This document shows, piece after piece, positions 18,124 to 26,361 of a DNA stretch of 64,000 nt. Every line of letters starts with the position of its first letter. The first letter of the stretch is position 1. This stretch comes from an uncultured Pseudomonadales bacterium (GTDB lineage Bacteria > Patescibacteriota > Microgenomatia > UBA1400 > PJMF01). Position numbers and translations under genes: made by a program. The notes below the pieces were generated by a model, which saw only the letters and a program-made list of their open reading frames with translations, was not told the DNA's origin and did not search any database. The stretch spans positions 98,608 to 162,607 of the forward strand of contig CAYMSV010000003.1 of assembly GCA_964393205.1 (NCBI GenBank). The letters are read 5' to 3'.

Positions 18124-19322
18124 ATACTTTTAAAGTTGCCATCAGAGCCCTGTTGATAAATAAAGGGCGGACTTTTTTAACCACATTGGGAATTATTATT
18201 GGGGTAGCCTCAGTAGTGATGCTGACTGGTTTGGGTAGTGGTTTACAGTCTTATGTAACTGAACAATTTGAAAGCTTGGGAGCTAATACAGTTTTTGTTT
18301 CAATCGGTCAGGTTTTTTCTGAAGATGGCGGTTTTAATAGAGGTGGAATGGATCAATTTTTATCAGGTAATAAATTTACTTTGAGAGATATTGAGCGAGT
18401 TAAGAGACTGAGAACTTATGTTGATGAAATTACTTATTATTCTACCGGAATTGATAAAGCTAAATTTTTAGAGAAAGAAGTAAAGGTAACAATCTTAGGT
18501 ACACTGGCCAATTATCCAAAGGTTATTACTATAGACATCGAAAATGGTCGTTTTTTTAGTGAAAGTGAAGAGCGATCTGGAGAAAAAGTAGTGGTTTTGG
18601 GTCACAATGCAAAAGAAGAATTATTTGACAATTTAGACCCAGTAGGCAGAAAAGTTAGAATTGGTAATCAGCGCTTCACAGTTATTGGTGTAGCAGCTGA
18701 ACAAGGTAGCAGTTTTGGTGGTCCTAGCTTTGATGATTATGTTTATGCCCCTTATGAATTGGTTAGTAGAATTTATCAGCAAAATGGTTTAACTGAATTC
18801 TCAGTTAAAATAAAAGATAGTGATTTAATTCCAGATGCTATTAGTGCTATTGAGGAGGAATTAGAAAAAACTTTTGATGATGATGAATTTAGTGTTTTTG
18901 ATCAATCCCAATTACTCAGTACCATTAACAATATTTTGTCGATGCTAACTATTGCTTTAGGAGGTATCGCTGCCATTTCTTTGTTAGTAGGTGGTATTGG
19001 TATTATGAATATCATGTTAGTTTCGGTTTCTGAAAGAACTAGGGAAATTGGACTTCGCAAAGCTTTAGGAGCCACACCTAATCAAATTTTGTTACAGTTT
19101 TTAATTGAAGCAGCTTTACTTTCTGTTCTGGGAGGACTGATTGGTCTGCTTTTGGCAACTTTAGGTACACTAGCTATTCAATCTATTTTTCCAGCCAAAA
19201 TTACCCTCTCTGCAGTGCTACTAGCTTTTGGGGTATCAACAGCAGTGGGATTAATTTTTGGGGTAGCTCCAGCCAAAAGGGCAGCTAATTTGTCACCAAT
19301 TGAGGCGCTGAGGTCTGAATAG
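18114..19322 (+). CDS. ABC transporter permease, FtsX/MacB family
   Basis: N-terminal TM, a large extracytoplasmic MacB_PCD-like domain, and a C-terminal three-TM FtsX domain. Overlaps the ATPase gene by 10 nt. Confidence 0.85.
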   Translation: MLLNTFKVAIRALLINKGRTFLTTLGIIIGVASVVMLTGLGSGLQSYVTEQFESLGANTVFVSIGQVFSEDGGFNRGGMDQFLSGNKFTLRDIERVKRLRTYVDEITYYSTGIDKAKFLEKEVKVTILGTLANYPKVITIDIENGRFFSESEERSGEKVVVLGHNAKEELFDNLDPVGRKVRIGNQRFTVIGVAAEQGSSFGGPSFDDYVYAPYELVSRIYQQNGLTEFSVKIKDSDLIPDAISAIEEELEKTFDDDEFSVFDQSQLLSTINNILSMLTIALGGIAAISLLVGGIGIMNIMLVSVSERTREIGLRKALGATPNQILLQFLIEAALLSVLGGLIGLLLATLGTLAIQSIFPAKITLSAVLLAFGVSTAVGLIFGVAPAKRAANLSPIEALRSE

Positions 19323-19326
19323 TTTT

Positions 19327-20451
19327 TTACTGTTGAATCATTTGACGATATTCATCGGCCATTGGTACTGAAAAATCATCTTTTATATCATCTAAGATCA
19401 CTGACCACATTGGTAGGGTCTTGGGAAAGTCACCGTTTGCATGGCTGATGGTAAAGATATTTTGCTCGTTACTGAAGAGTTTTTGTTCATAAGATTTAGA
19501 CATCTCATCTAAGGCTGCAAAAGCTGTTGGTTCATATATAGAGATTGTCCAAAGCATTGATTCATTATCAGCGCAAGCATAAGGGTCTTGGGGTTCATCA
19601 GTAAAACTAGCACCTTCGTCCAAAGTATAACAATAGCCATAAACTATAGTTTCTCCTTCACTGTCGGTAATGAGTTTACGCTGTTTTATGTATCGATAAG
19701 ATGGATCATCTAGATAATAACTAAAAGATGCATTTTCTGACTCACTATTTGCTATAAAGATCTTACCTTCTTTTTCAGTTGTCGACTGATCTTTGTCTGT
19801 TTGTAATTCTACTGGTGGTTTTGAATCTTCATCACTAGTTGATTTTAGTGCGAGGCTGTCAATTACTACGATGGAGTTTTGTTGAGTAGTAATATTAAGT
19901 AATTGTGAATATGAATAAAATTTATAATCTGGACCTAGAATTTCAGCATCAATTTCTGCTTCTAAACTTGGTTCGGTGTCAAGCAATTCGTTAATATCAG
20001 TAATGTTGGCTTGATCATAAAAACTACTTGGTTCTAGCTGAAGATAAACACCCTGGTTTTCTTCTATATCAAAGTTAAAATGTTGTCTAGCTATAAATTC
20101 TCCATCTTGGAAAATAAAAATTTCGTCAAGGTAAATATAGCGCCAATATTCTAGCTTTTCTCCGTCTTGAGTGGCGATTTTATAAGTTTGGGGTAAACCA
20201 AAATTAGCAATAACTCGCTCCTGATTTTCGCTATAAGCTGATTGTTTATTTTGATCTGTAAGAGCAAAGAAAATAATAGTTAATACAGCTATTATTAAAA
20301 TTAAAGCAATTAATAAGGATTTAAAAAATTTCTTTTTTGGTTTTTTATCAGGCATGACGGTGTCATCTAGTTTTTCTTCAGCCTGATTTATTTCAAGCTG
20401 ATCATTTTTTTCTTTAAGCTCAGGGCCTTGTTCTTTAGTCTGATTTTTCAT
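19327..20451 (-). CDS. Membrane-anchored acidic extracytoplasmic protein, function unknown
   Basis: Lys-rich cytoplasmic N-terminus, a single TM (LLIALILIIAVLTIIFFAL), then a roughly 300 aa Asp/Glu/Ser-rich exodomain. Its start overlaps the stop of the upstream unknown gene. Confidence 0.4.
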   Translation of the reverse strand: MKNQTKEQGPELKEKNDQLEINQAEEKLDDTVMPDKKPKKKFFKSLLIALILIIAVLTIIFFALTDQNKQSAYSENQERVIANFGLPQTYKIATQDGEKLEYWRYIYLDEIFIFQDGEFIARQHFNFDIEENQGVYLQLEPSSFYDQANITDINELLDTEPSLEAEIDAEILGPDYKFYSYSQLLNITTQQNSIVVIDSLALKSTSDEDSKPPVELQTDKDQSTTEKEGKIFIANSESENASFSYYLDDPSYRYIKQRKLITDSEGETIVYGYCYTLDEGASFTDEPQDPYACADNESMLWTISIYEPTAFAALDEMSKSYEQKLFSNEQNIFTISHANGDFPKTLPMWSVILDDIKDDFSVPMADEYRQMIQQ

Positions 20452-21725
20452 TAGTAACTCCCTTCCATAGTTCTCCAGTGAAAGAAACTAAAATAACCAT
20501 TAATTTTTCTATTTTCTTCATCTACAGTGCCATGAAAAGTGAAGCACTTGCTTAATACATCATCGTGCCAATTTCGTTTTTCTTTCCAATTCTTTATGTA
20601 TTGTTGAGGCGTAATAGATTTCATGTCTGTGGAATGGCCAACCATGCTTCCAGTGATTATTCCATTAAACTCTTTAGTTTGTGGATCAAAAGTGCCATCA
20701 AGCTCAAAGTTTATATCAGTATCACTTCCACCTATTAATGTGACCCCCGCCATTGTTCCACTCACACTATTGTCTGGATTAATGACAAGTGAGGCACGAA
20801 CATTTGTGGTTTCTTTATGAGCGAAAGCATCCCATTGGCGGATAAAAGCTACATAGGTATAACCATGTTTTCTCCAAGCATCATAATGACTATCATCACC
20901 ATCTGCTCGAGTCCAATTAATTTTAATTTCTTGTCCATGGACATTCAGATCTTTTAAGAAATCCAAACCAACTCCCGACTTAGGATCGGAAACCAAATCT
21001 TGAGTTTTATTTGCTTGCTGGGGAGAGTCGGGTTTAGCCTGATTGTTGTCTGCTAGAACGGCTGTATCTGCTAATTGCTGAGCTAAATCAGGATTTGTAT
21101 CCACTAGCTCTGCTATTTGATTATCTAGTTGGGTTGAATCGGTATTTCCTGGCTGCTCATTTCCGTACCAAGAATTTAATTCAGCCATTTCTTTATCCAA
21201 TCCCTTGGCTCTTTTGGCTAATTGCCTGGCTTGCAAAATTAAAATTTGCACATCCAAGGCATCTCCTGCTTGAGCAGCAGCACTCCAGTTTTCCATAGGA
21301 GCGTTACCCAATGTATCACTTAATGATTTATTGCCAATTACTTGATCGGCTGCAGTTTCACCTATACCTACAGCATTAGTTACGACCTCTCCAAGTTTGC
21401 CTACGCCGCCAACTCCAGCCACCAAGCCCTTAGCTAGACCAGCTACTTCGTTTCTTAATGAACTAGTATAAGCTTGATTATTTAATTCAGTCATTCTGTC
21501 GGCCACTTGCTGTAGTTTAGCTGCACTAGTCATCATTTCTGCTTGGTTTTCTGACGATGATAGAGCTTTTTGTTGAAGCAGTTGCTGAGTTTCTCGCATG
21601 TTGGCAATCGAGTCATTAATCATGGCTTTATCATGAATAGTGCCTGCTACATTAGCTCCTGTATTAACCAAGCCAAAAATAGAGGCTGTGGTGGCGATGA
21701 TGGCCAGTGCTCCTGAGATAACCAT
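20451..21725 (-). CDS. Membrane-anchored protein with a long Ala/Gln-rich helical region and a C-terminal globular domain, function unknown
   Basis: N-terminal TM (ALAIIATTASIFGLV), a roughly 230 aa low-complexity/coiled-coil region, and a C-terminal roughly 170 aa domain (WTRADGDDSHYDAWRKHGYTYVAF...). By eye the DNA is GC-richer than the flanking genes. Confidence 0.4.
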   Translation of the reverse strand: MVISGALAIIATTASIFGLVNTGANVAGTIHDKAMINDSIANMRETQQLLQQKALSSSENQAEMMTSAAKLQQVADRMTELNNQAYTSSLRNEVAGLAKGLVAGVGGVGKLGEVVTNAVGIGETAADQVIGNKSLSDTLGNAPMENWSAAAQAGDALDVQILILQARQLAKRAKGLDKEMAELNSWYGNEQPGNTDSTQLDNQIAELVDTNPDLAQQLADTAVLADNNQAKPDSPQQANKTQDLVSDPKSGVGLDFLKDLNVHGQEIKINWTRADGDDSHYDAWRKHGYTYVAFIRQWDAFAHKETTNVRASLVINPDNSVSGTMAGVTLIGGSDTDINFELDGTFDPQTKEFNGIITGSMVGHSTDMKSITPQQYIKNWKEKRNWHDDVLSKCFTFHGTVDEENRKINGYFSFFHWRTMEGSY

Positions 21726-21865
21726 ATAAATCCTTTTTCAATAAAAATAAAAAGATATTTTTACTATAGCAGAAATTAAATACAGATTAAATTATTTAAA
21801 ATAATAGATTTGGAGATTCTGAAATGAAGTTTATTAAGTGAGTTTATTGATAGTTAATTGCGCTG

Positions 21866-21937
21866 TGACCTCATGGGGAATCGAACCCCAGTTATCGGGA
21901 TGAGAACCCGATGTCCTAACCACTAGACGATGAGGCC
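21866..21937 (-). tRNA. tRNA-Glu (anticodon CTC)
   Basis: I folded the reverse complement by hand: acceptor GGCCTCA/TGAGGTC, D-arm TCGTCTAGTGGTTAGGACA (tRNA-Glu-like), anticodon stem-loop TCGGG-TTCTCAT-CCCGA, T-arm GGGGTTCGATTCCCC. CCA is not encoded. Confidence 0.8.
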
Positions 21938-22023
21938 AGTTTGTTACCTCTGGATTATACAAATTTTATTAGTTTTTGTAAACGTCAGCGATGATGTCAT
22001 TTTTCTTTTAGAAAATATGTTTA

Positions 22024-22980
22024 ATGAGTTTTCTAAAAATTAGTTTCACTTTTTTGATCACATATTTAATCATCGGTTTGCCAATCCAGGCTCGAGAAAT
22101 AAACTTTACTCTTGAAAACAATAGTGTTGGTTTTAGACAAATAGATAATTTTTTTGCAAAAACAAAGTTTGTAGCTCAGGAAAAAGTTTCTCAAGAAGAA
22201 TTTTATTTAATTAATCAAAATAATAAATTTTTACTACGAGAAGTATTCAATTCAAGCCAGTTTATTAAAATTCATAGTCTTTATTTGCTGGCTTTGCCCA
22301 GAAAAGAGGCTTTAGCTGCTTTGAGTTTTGAATATTTACTGGAGAGCAATGAAAATTTATTGCGTTTTGATGAGCCAGTTTTTTATGTTGTTTTGCGAAA
22401 AGAGAGCTTGAGTGAGGTGATTTTTGCAAAAACGATAAAACAGTCGGGATTTTCTTGGAACAAAGTTGTTTTGGATTTAAAAAATTATGATACTCGTGAG
22501 GCGGATTTGGTTTTCTATGTTGGTAATTTGGGAGATGAAGAAAAACCAAGCACTGTATATTTAAGAAATCTAAGCTCACAAATTATTATTTTAGAGCCTA
22601 GTGACTATTTGCTAATTGAAGATCAAGAGCTTAAAAAATTAAGCAAGTATATAGAGAAAGGATCTATTGATTTTTTTGATCAAACTTGGCCAATTTATAC
22701 TTTTTCTACTCATTTGATTGATGACTTGATGGCCATTAGAGAAAGTGATGGCAGTTTGACCTTGAGCTTTTCAATACCTAAGGAAGATTATTTCAAAAAC
22801 TCTTTGTGGAAACTTAGCTGTGGCAATGGATTAGATAGATTTATTAGTCAGAATAATTTTTATTTATTACCCGATTTAGTTATTAGAGATTTTTGGCCAA
22901 ACTTAACTGAAAAAGTTTTAATCAATGTTCAAGATTTTGTTTGCACTGATTTAAGTTTATTAAATTTGGAGAGATTTTGA
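22024..22980 (+). CDS. Secreted hypothetical protein (signal peptide)
   Basis: N-terminal signal peptide (FLITYLIIGLPIQA). No known motif. First gene of a four-gene secreted-protein cluster. Confidence 0.4.
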   Translation: MSFLKISFTFLITYLIIGLPIQAREINFTLENNSVGFRQIDNFFAKTKFVAQEKVSQEEFYLINQNNKFLLREVFNSSQFIKIHSLYLLALPRKEALAALSFEYLLESNENLLRFDEPVFYVVLRKESLSEVIFAKTIKQSGFSWNKVVLDLKNYDTREADLVFYVGNLGDEEKPSTVYLRNLSSQIIILEPSDYLLIEDQELKKLSKYIEKGSIDFFDQTWPIYTFSTHLIDDLMAIRESDGSLTLSFSIPKEDYFKNSLWKLSCGNGLDRFISQNNFYLLPDLVIRDFWPNLTEKVLINVQDFVCTDLSLLNLERF

Positions 22981-23606
22981 TGTTATTTACTCATAAATTA
23001 GTTATTGATTGTGGATTAAGCGGTGACTTTAATTGTCAATTAAATCAAGACTCTCTGGAACAAATCAAAGTTAGAACTCATAGCACCCCTGCTCAATATA
23101 ATTATTATCTACTTATTAACAATCATCTTCAAGAAAGCTGTCGGGTTGTTTTGCAGCCTCAAATAAGAAATCAAGAATATGTTGCTTTATGGTCGAAAAT
23201 TTATTTAAAAATTTTTTATCAAAAACTTCAGTTATTTAATAATGACTTATCTAATTTTTTTTCAAAAAAAATAGATTTTTTAACTCTAGAGGCAAAGAGC
23301 TCAAAACTATATCGTTTGGAATTTTATTTAGCAGAATTAAGTGAAGAATTTGAAATTAATTTTGATTTGAATTTTATTTTTAATTGTCAAGAAAAAAACT
23401 TAAAAAATCAGAAAAATAAGTCTGAAGTTTTGGCTGCGCAAAGTCAAAATTTTCAGGAAAGCACAATAGAGCCTTTAATTGGGGTGCAAGACAACTTATT
23501 TCAAGAAAAAAACCAACTACTTTTTATTTTAATAACTTTCTTATTAGTTTTATTAATTACTTGTTTGTTTTGGATTTTGAAGATTAAGAAATTTAAAAAA
23601 TATTAA
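22977..23606 (+). CDS. Hypothetical protein with a C-terminal membrane anchor
   Basis: Overlaps the upstream gene by 4 nt. The C-terminus is a hydrophobic helix plus a basic tail (LLFILITFLLVLLITCLFWILKIKKFKKY). No LPXTG-like or PEP-CTERM sorting motif was recognised. Confidence 0.4.
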   Translation: MMLFTHKLVIDCGLSGDFNCQLNQDSLEQIKVRTHSTPAQYNYYLLINNHLQESCRVVLQPQIRNQEYVALWSKIYLKIFYQKLQLFNNDLSNFFSKKIDFLTLEAKSSKLYRLEFYLAELSEEFEINFDLNFIFNCQEKNLKNQKNKSEVLAAQSQNFQESTIEPLIGVQDNLFQEKNQLLFILITFLLVLLITCLFWILKIKKFKKY

Positions 23607-23629
23607 TTAGCTCAAAGAAAGGCATCTCT

Positions 23630-24229
23630 ATGAGCAAAAGAAAAAATATTAGAAAACTAGTGTTAGGGGTTTTTGTGGCCAGCGCATTAGTTTTTGGAGC
23701 ACTACATTTGTCTCGAGCTTTATTTTCAGATGTAGAAACTCTTAAAGATAATACTGCTGGAGCAGCTAGTGTTAATTTAATGTTAGGGGGTCAAGATCCC
23801 ACTCAAGTGAGTTTTAATATGCCTAATATTATTCCTGGGGAACCACAGCGCTCTAGTATAGCTGTAACAGATATTGGAACTGGGGCTGATTTTAACGAAA
23901 ACTTATATATTGGCTTGGTTGTAACTGATAGTGATGAGGGTATTAATTCTGAGGCTGAAACAGACACGGAGGGAGAAGGAGAGCTAGCTGATTGTTTAAT
24001 GATGAGGGTTAGTTATATGGACGGGGCTAACGAAGTAGAGGTTCAGCCTTATACTAGTTTTCCAGTTTTGGAAGGAATGTTTATTGATGAAGAGAATTTT
24101 TCTCCATTAGACAATCGTTTACAGATTACCTCAGTCAATCTTAATCTTGATTTTAGTGCTGACGCTTGTGGTAATGAAGCAATGGGAGATACTGTTACCT
24201 TTGATTTAAATTTTTACTACGAGCAATAA
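23630..24229 (+). CDS. TasA/camelysin (CalY)-family secreted protein with a SipW-cognate-class signal peptide
   Basis: The N-terminus 'LVFGALHLSRALFSDVETLKDNTAGAASVNLML' matches the SipW-cognate signal region of TasA/CalY ('...GGGTFAFFSDKEVSNNTFAAGTLDL'). The 'IPGEPQRSSIAVTDIGTGA' block and the C-terminal 'GDTVTFDLNFYYEQ' parallel the CalY 'KPGDSVKKEF..NSGS' and 'GDSLNLEWTFNANQ' blocks. At 199 aa it is similar in length to CalY. Confidence 0.65.
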   Translation: MSKRKNIRKLVLGVFVASALVFGALHLSRALFSDVETLKDNTAGAASVNLMLGGQDPTQVSFNMPNIIPGEPQRSSIAVTDIGTGADFNENLYIGLVVTDSDEGINSEAETDTEGEGELADCLMMRVSYMDGANEVEVQPYTSFPVLEGMFIDEENFSPLDNRLQITSVNLNLDFSADACGNEAMGDTVTFDLNFYYEQ

Positions 24230-24253
24230 AAAGCTAGGCGAGTTAAGCAATGC

Positions 24254-25303
24254 TTGCTTGACTCGCTAAACTTTGTCATAATGTTTAAGACTTATATGCC
24301 TAAGGCTAAAAAAAGACGATCTTCTCGTTCCCTCCGTCGTCGTAAAAAAACTACATTTAAGAACTATTTAAACAACTTATTTTTTCCTGGAAAAAAGAAT
24401 CGTTATCGTCCACAACTTCTTCATCCAGAGTCTTTAATGATTGTTTCTTTTTTAGTTTTAGCAGTTTTTGCTTTATTTAATGCCATCCGATTTTTTCCGA
24501 GCTTAGCTGATAAAATTTTGGGTTTTGCTACCAATATTGATGTTAATCAAGTATTAATATCAACTAATGAGGAAAGAGCTAAAATTGGCCTACCCCCTTT
24601 ACAAATCAATGAAAAACTTAATCAAGCTGCAGTAGCCAAAGCCCAACATATGTTTAGTGAACAATATTGGGCACACAGTTCACCAAGTGGTTTACAGCCA
24701 TGGAGTTTCATAAAAAATGCTGGTTATGTTTATAAATATGCTGGAGAAAATTTAGCGAGAGATTTTGATACTACTGGAGAAATGGTAGTAGCTTGGATGA
24801 ACTCTCCTACTCATAAGGAAAATATTATTAACCCCAATTTTACTCAAATAGGCTTAGCTGTAGTTAATGGTACTCTCAATGGTTTTAACACTACTTTGGT
24901 AGTGCAGATGTTTGCTACTCCGGGAGCTGTTGAAGTGCAAAAAACGGCACAAGGAGAATCATTTACCCTGCCATCAATGGCTGATAGTTCCGTTAATGAA
25001 TTGCCTGAGGAAAAACCAGATATAAGCGTGATGGAGTCTGAATTAGCAGAAGCAGAAGATTTAGGTTTAGTTGAGGGAGAAAGAACAGCAAGTGGCAAAA
25101 TATTATTTTCACCAGTTTATTTGACTAAAACCTTTTTCTTATTAATAGTGGCTTTAATTATTTTAACTTTAATTTACGATTCATTTATTTCCAATAATCG
25201 ACGTTATGAGCGAATTGTTGGACAAAATTTTGCTCACATTATGTTTTTTTTAACGGTGGGTTTTCTACTAATTTTATTTCGGGGAGGAAGTATTATTCCA
25301 TAA
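24254..25303 (+). CDS. CAP/SCP (PR-1-like) domain protein, membrane anchored at both ends
   Basis: A basic N-terminus and a TM, then a CAP-domain core (…HMFSEQYWAHSSP…YAGENLARDF…VVAWMNSPTHKENIINPNFTQIGLAV), an acidic linker, and a C-terminal two-TM segment. Confidence 0.6.
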   Translation: MLDSLNFVIMFKTYMPKAKKRRSSRSLRRRKKTTFKNYLNNLFFPGKKNRYRPQLLHPESLMIVSFLVLAVFALFNAIRFFPSLADKILGFATNIDVNQVLISTNEERAKIGLPPLQINEKLNQAAVAKAQHMFSEQYWAHSSPSGLQPWSFIKNAGYVYKYAGENLARDFDTTGEMVVAWMNSPTHKENIINPNFTQIGLAVVNGTLNGFNTTLVVQMFATPGAVEVQKTAQGESFTLPSMADSSVNELPEEKPDISVMESELAEAEDLGLVEGERTASGKILFSPVYLTKTFFLLIVALIILTLIYDSFISNNRRYERIVGQNFAHIMFFLTVGFLLILFRGGSIIP

Positions 25304-25306
25304 TTA

Positions 25307-25564
25307 ATGCCAAAATTACTTAAAAAACACCGTTTTGCATATTTAATTCTTTTTCTGGCATTATTAAGTTTTGCTTTCTTTTTTTCTCGTTTTTGGCCAA
25401 ATAAAATATTGCAACGTTATTTAGCGGTAGCAATGGGCGTCTTTTATTTTTTTTGGGGAGTAATTACACATGTTAAGAGTACAAAAATTACCAGTGAAAT
25501 TGTTTTTGAGTATTTGGCCATATCAATGTTGGCTGTTTTATTATTAATTTTAATTACTCTTTAA
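25307..25564 (+). CDS. Small integral membrane protein (85 aa), unknown
   Basis: Three hydrophobic helices. ORF only. Confidence 0.3.
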   Translation: MPKLLKKHRFAYLILFLALLSFAFFFSRFWPNKILQRYLAVAMGVFYFFWGVITHVKSTKITSEIVFEYLAISMLAVLLLILITL

Positions 25565-25611
25565 AGTTTGATTTTATGATAAGATGCTGATGAAAAAAAT
25601 AGAGAGGCAGT

Positions 25612-26343
25612 ATGACTAAAAAAAACATGAAAGGTATAATTTTAGCTGGAGGCAGTGGCACTCGTTTGTCTCCATTGACCAAGGTAACCAGTAAACAGCT
25701 ATTGCCAATTTACGATCGACCAATGATTCATTTTCCCTTAGAAACTTTGCGTCGAGCAGGAATTACTGACTTTTTATTTATTATTGCTCCAGATCACGCT
25801 GGAGACTTTTTAAAATATTTGGGAAGTGGTAAAGAATTTGGCTGTCATTTTTCTTATGAAATTCAAGATCAGCCTCAAGGAATAGCTCAAGCTTTTCAAA
25901 TTGGTGAAGATTTTCTTGATGATGACAATGTTACTCTTATTTTGGGAGACAATTTATTTGAGGATGATTTTTCTCAAGCGATTCAAAGCTTTGAAAAAGG
26001 AGGTAGAATTTTTGCTAAAAAAGTGCTTGATCCAGAGAGGTTTGGAGTGGTGGAGTTTGATGAAAATAATCGTGCTATCTCTATTGAAGAAAAACCTAAA
26101 GATCCAAAATCAGAATATTGTGTAACTGGTATTTATATTTATGACAACACTGTTGTTGACAAAGTTAACACTCTAAAATTTTCTGATAGGGGTGAGCTAG
26201 AGATTACTGATTTGAATAATTTATATTTAAAGGAGGGCAGTTTGGACGTAGCTTTTGTTGAGGGTTCTTGGTTTGATACAGGAACTTTTGAATCTATGTA
26301 TGCTGCAACTCAATTTGCTAGAGAAAAGCGCTTAAAAAAATAA
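25612..26343 (+). CDS. rmlA: Glucose-1-phosphate thymidylyltransferase (RmlA, short form without the C-terminal tail)
   Basis: Collinear with E. coli RmlA: 'GIILAGGSGTRLSPLT', 'KQLLPIYDRPMI', 'DPERFGVVEFD', 'RGELEITD'. Confidence 0.85.
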   Translation: MTKKNMKGIILAGGSGTRLSPLTKVTSKQLLPIYDRPMIHFPLETLRRAGITDFLFIIAPDHAGDFLKYLGSGKEFGCHFSYEIQDQPQGIAQAFQIGEDFLDDDNVTLILGDNLFEDDFSQAIQSFEKGGRIFAKKVLDPERFGVVEFDENNRAISIEEKPKDPKSEYCVTGIYIYDNTVVDKVNTLKFSDRGELEITDLNNLYLKEGSLDVAFVEGSWFDTGTFESMYAATQFAREKRLKK

Positions 26344-26361
26344 TTTTAATTAAAAATAAAA

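Noticed and set aside
20623-21298. Two plus-strand small ORFs (65 and 67 aa) inside the 424-aa unknown gene
   Set aside because: Both are internal to the long minus-strand ORF with N-terminal TM and domain structure. The long ORF is the more parsimonious gene.
21726-22023. Possible integrase/att site or structured RNA in the 298-nt tRNA-Glu intergenic region
   Set aside because: No integrase, transposase or phage gene is nearby. No direct repeat of the tRNA 3' end was spotted by eye. The region is too short for RNase P RNA and no SRP/tmRNA-like conserved boxes were recognised. It stays a hypothesis only under the islet finding.
22265-22579. Further antisense/internal small ORFs (22265..22579, 24844..25098, 25901..26125, 27955..28155, 28214..28538, 28757..28942, 32160..32372, 35255..35467, 39280..39579, 42122..42343, 46968..47174, 47648..47839, 54951..55157, 59312..59500, 6699..6881, 13052..13237)
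   Set aside because: Each lies within a longer, motif-supported CDS on the same or opposite strand; none has a recognisable signature. Treated as six-frame noise.
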